Positions 17,523 through 19,523 of a DNA stretch of 19,523 nt are shown here, piece by piece. Every line of letters begins with the position of its first letter. Within the stretch, counting starts at the first letter, position 1. The notes beneath the pieces are model-generated. The model did no database searches. It saw only the letters and a program-made list of their open reading frames with translations, and was not told the origin of the DNA. The translations under genes were made by a program, and so were the position numbers. The DNA is taken from IMG/VR virus record IMGVR_UViG_2740892229_000016, one strand, 5' to 3'. This DNA is from a virus. Taxonomy: Duplodnaviria; Heunggongvirae; Uroviricota; Caudoviricetes.

Positions 17523-17990
17523 AGACCATAACGCGAAAGCGCACGGCGAGGTAGCTGGTTCATAGATAGCCTGTCGTTAAATTTTCGTCGACCGTGCGCT
17601 TCCGGTTGTGGCACTCCGCGAAATGGCGCGGCGGTAAGTATGGCGGGGTTATTCCTTCCCCGTTGAGGACACCGNNNNNNNNNNACGAAAGCGCCCGGCG
17701 AAGTTAGTCTCTCTGTATAGGTCGTCGTTAAATTTAATTCGATCGTGCGCTTCCGGTTGTGGCAATCCGCGAAATGGCGCGGCGGTAAGTATGGCGGGGT
17801 TATNNNNNNNNNNGCGAAAGCGCACGGCGAAGTTCGTCTCTCTGTAGGTAGTCGTTAAATTTAATTCGACCGTGCGCTTCCGGTTGTGGCAATCCGCGAA
17901 ATGGCGCGGCGGTAAGTATGGCGGGGTTATTCCTTCCCCGTTGAGGACACCGGGTTGTCAGGTTGACCATACGCTTAAGTGACAACCCCG
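17523..17990 (+). repeat. three consecutive variant copies of the structured element upstream of dicF, separated by 10-N gaps
   Basis: Copies at about 17523-17674, 17685-17803 and 17814-17990 share GCGCACGG...CCGTGCGC and GGGTTGTCA...TGACAACCC hairpins. Only the last is contiguous with dicF. Confidence 0.5.
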
Positions 17991-18013
17991 CTGCAACGCC
18001 CTCTGTTATCAAT

Positions 18014-18071
18014 TTTCTGGTGACGTTTGGCGGTATCAGTTTTACTCCGTGACTGCTCTGCCGCCCTTTTT
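18014..18071 (+). ncRNA. dicF: DicF small RNA (cell-division inhibitor sRNA)
   Basis: TTTCTGGTGACGTTTGGCGGTATCAGTTTTACTCCGTGACTGCTCTGCCGCCCTTTTT matches my recollection of DicF, including its 3' terminator hairpin. Lies just upstream of dicB. Confidence 0.85.
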
Positions 18072-18240
18072 AAAGTGAATTTTGTGATGCGGTGAATGCG
18101 GCTGAGCGCACGCGGAACAGTTAAAACCAAAAACAGTGTTATGGGTGGATTCTCTGTATCCGGCGTTAATTGTTAACTGGTTAACGTCACCTGGAGGCAC
18201 CAGGCACTGCATCACAAAATTCATTGTTGAGGACGCGATA

Positions 18241-18429
18241 ATGGAAACGTTATTACCAAACGTTAATACGTCTGAAGGTTGTTTTGAAATTGGTGTCACT
18301 ATCAGTAACCCAGTATTTACTGAAGATGCCATTAACAAGAGAAAACAAGAACGGGAGCTATTAAATAAAATATGCATTGTTTCAATGCTGGCTCGTTTAC
18401 GTCTGATGCCAAAAGGATGTGCACAATGA
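18241..18429 (+). CDS. dicB: DicB cell-division inhibitor (62 aa)
   Basis: METLLPNVNTSEGCFEIGVTISNPVFTEDAINKRKQERELLNKICIVSMLARLRLMPKGCAQ; GAGGA SD. Confidence 0.9.
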   Translation: METLLPNVNTSEGCFEIGVTISNPVFTEDAINKRKQERELLNKICIVSMLARLRLMPKGCAQ

Positions 18430-18503
18430 ATTCAGCATTTGTGCTTGTTCTGACAGTTTTTCTTGTTTCCGGAGAGCCAGTTGATATTGCAGTCAGTGTT
18501 CAC
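18426..18503 (+). CDS. ydfD: YdfD-like, copy 1 (5' part, truncated by an N-gap)
   Basis: MNSAFVLVLTVFLVSGEPVDIAVSVH...; its ATG overlaps the dicB stop (ATGA). Confidence 0.6.
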
Positions 18504-18513
18504 NNNNNNNNNN

Positions 18514-18627
18514 TGTATTTACTGAAGATGCCATTAACAAGAGAAAACACGAACGGGAGCTATTAAATAAAATATGCATTCTTTCAATGCTGGCCCGTTT
18601 ACGTCCGATACAAAAAGGATGCTGGCA
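18514..18627 (+). other. diverged second copy of the dicB 3' half
   Basis: Encodes ...VFTEDAINKRKHERELLNKICILSMLARLRPIQKGCWQ, with several substitutions relative to the 18241-18429 copy. Begins directly after an N-gap. Confidence 0.5.
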
Positions 18628-18890
18628 ATGAATACAGCATTTGCACTTGTTCTGACAGTTTTTCTTGTTTCCGGAGAGCCAGTTGATATTGCAGTCAGTG
18701 TTCACAGGACAATGCAGGAGTGTGTGACTGCAGCAACCGAACAGAAAATTCCCGGTAACNNNNNNNNNNCGTTCACAGGACAATGCAGGAGTGTGTGACT
18801 GCAGCAACCGAACAGAAAATTCCCGGTAACTGTTACCCGGTCGATAAAGTTATTCACCAGGATAATATCGAAATCCCGGCAGGTCTTTAA
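18628..18890 (+). CDS. ydfD: YdfD-like, copy 2; coordinates inflated by an N-gap and a duplicated 60-nt overlap
   Basis: MNTAFALVLTVFLVSGEPVDIAVSVHRTMQECVTAATEQKIPGN-[gap]-CYPVDKVIHQDNIEIPAGL. Removing the gap and the repeated 60 nt gives a 63-aa ORF. Confidence 0.6.
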
Positions 18891-18982
18891 AACAGTTCCG
18901 TAATAAACATCCGATTTCATTCTTATATGCCAGCAATGGCAGGGATTTGTTCACCCTTAAATCTGTAATGAGGTAAAACAAA

Positions 18983-19264
18983 ATGAGTAAAGTCTTTATT
19001 TGCGCCGCCATTCCGGACGAACAGGCAATAAAGGAAGAAGGTGCAGTCGCTGTAGCCACTGCCATTGAAGCTGGCGACGAACGCCGTGCTCGAGCAAAAT
19101 TTCACTGGCAATTCCTGGAACATTATCCGGCTGCTCAGGACTGCGCTTATAAATTTCTTGTTTGCGAGGATAAACCCGGTATACCCCGCCCTGCCCTCGA
19201 TTCCTGGGATGCTGAATATATGCAGGAAAACCGCTGGGATGAGGAGTCTGCTTCCTTTGTCCCG
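18983..19264 (+). CDS. hypothetical protein at the ydfE position, copy 1 (truncated by an N-gap)
   Basis: MSKVFICAAIPDEQAIKEEGAVAVATAIEAGDERRARAKFHWQFLEHYPAAQDCAYKF...; follows ydfD. Confidence 0.5.
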
Positions 19265-19349
19265 NNNNNNNNNNTATCCGGTTTCATTCTTATATGCCAG
19301 CAATGGCAGGGATTTGTTCATCCTTAAATCTGTCATGAGGTTAAAACAA

Positions 19350-19523
19350 ATGAGTAAAGTCTTTATTTGCGCCGCTATTCCTGACGAACTGGCAACAAGG
19401 GAAGAAGGCGCTGTGGCTGTAGCCACAGCCATTGAAGCTGGCGACGAACGCCGTGCTCGAGCAAAATTTCACTGGCAATTCCTGGAACATTATCCGGCTG
19501 CTCAGGACTGCGCTTATAAATTT
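19350..19523 (+). CDS. second, diverged copy of the same protein (runs off the window end)
   Basis: MSKVFICAAIPDELATREEGAVAVATAIEAGDERRARAKFHWQFLEHYPAAQDCAYKF; the upstream 75 nt is also a variant of 18908-18982. Confidence 0.5.
   Translation, partial: MSKVFICAAIPDELATREEGAVAVATAIEAGDERRARAKFHWQFLEHYPAAQDCAYKF

Noticed and set aside
18042-18377. 111-aa minus-strand ORF across dicF and dicB
   Set aside because: Antisense to a recognisable sRNA and to dicB; no SD.
18923-19432. 169-aa minus-strand ORF spanning the ydfE-position copies
   Set aside because: It crosses an N-gap and is antisense to two well-formed plus-strand gene copies.
16700-19523. Repetitive block considered as a CRISPR array or satellite repeat
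   Set aside because: Units are 60-250 nt and are diverged copies of genes (dicB, ydfD, the ydfC-like element), not short regular repeats with unique spacers. The interruptions are N-gaps, not spacers.

Overview
This window reads as a Qin-like (phage 21-type lambdoid) cryptic prophage segment from an Escherichia/Shigella-type genome. All identifications are by eye against recalled protein families; no searches were run. Gene symbols denote K-12 Qin homologs assigned from recalled sequence and gene order. Minus strand, 1.0-7.5 kb: gnsB-like, cspI, the lysis cassette (pinholin essQ, ydfR, SAR-type endolysin rrrQ, Rz/Rz1 spanins), cold-shock cargo cspB/cspF, antiterminator quuQ, DUF968 ydfU and rem. 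Next come the relB-relE-hokD toxin-antitoxin operon, ydfV, and flxA with a sigma-28 promoter. A single-ORF DDE (rve) transposase insertion sits at about 9.7-11.1 kb. At 11.1-15.0 kb is a decayed nin-like region plus a retained early/replication module (methyltransferase-like fragment, wHTH protein, O-like initiator with internal iterons, 173-aa protein), a region I recall as deleted in K-12 Qin. The dicC/dicA immunity switch follows, then the ydfA-ydfB-...-dicF-dicB-ydfD operon. From 16.2 kb to the end the sequence is broken by nine 10-N gaps and consists of diverged duplicate copies of the same genes; at least one junction is an unmerged 60-nt identical overlap, so gene order and copy number there are unreliable. 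I saw no rRNA, tRNA or CRISPR array. The most novel-looking material is the 11.1-14.6 kb module and the split ydfU locus; I found no clear complete new defence system.
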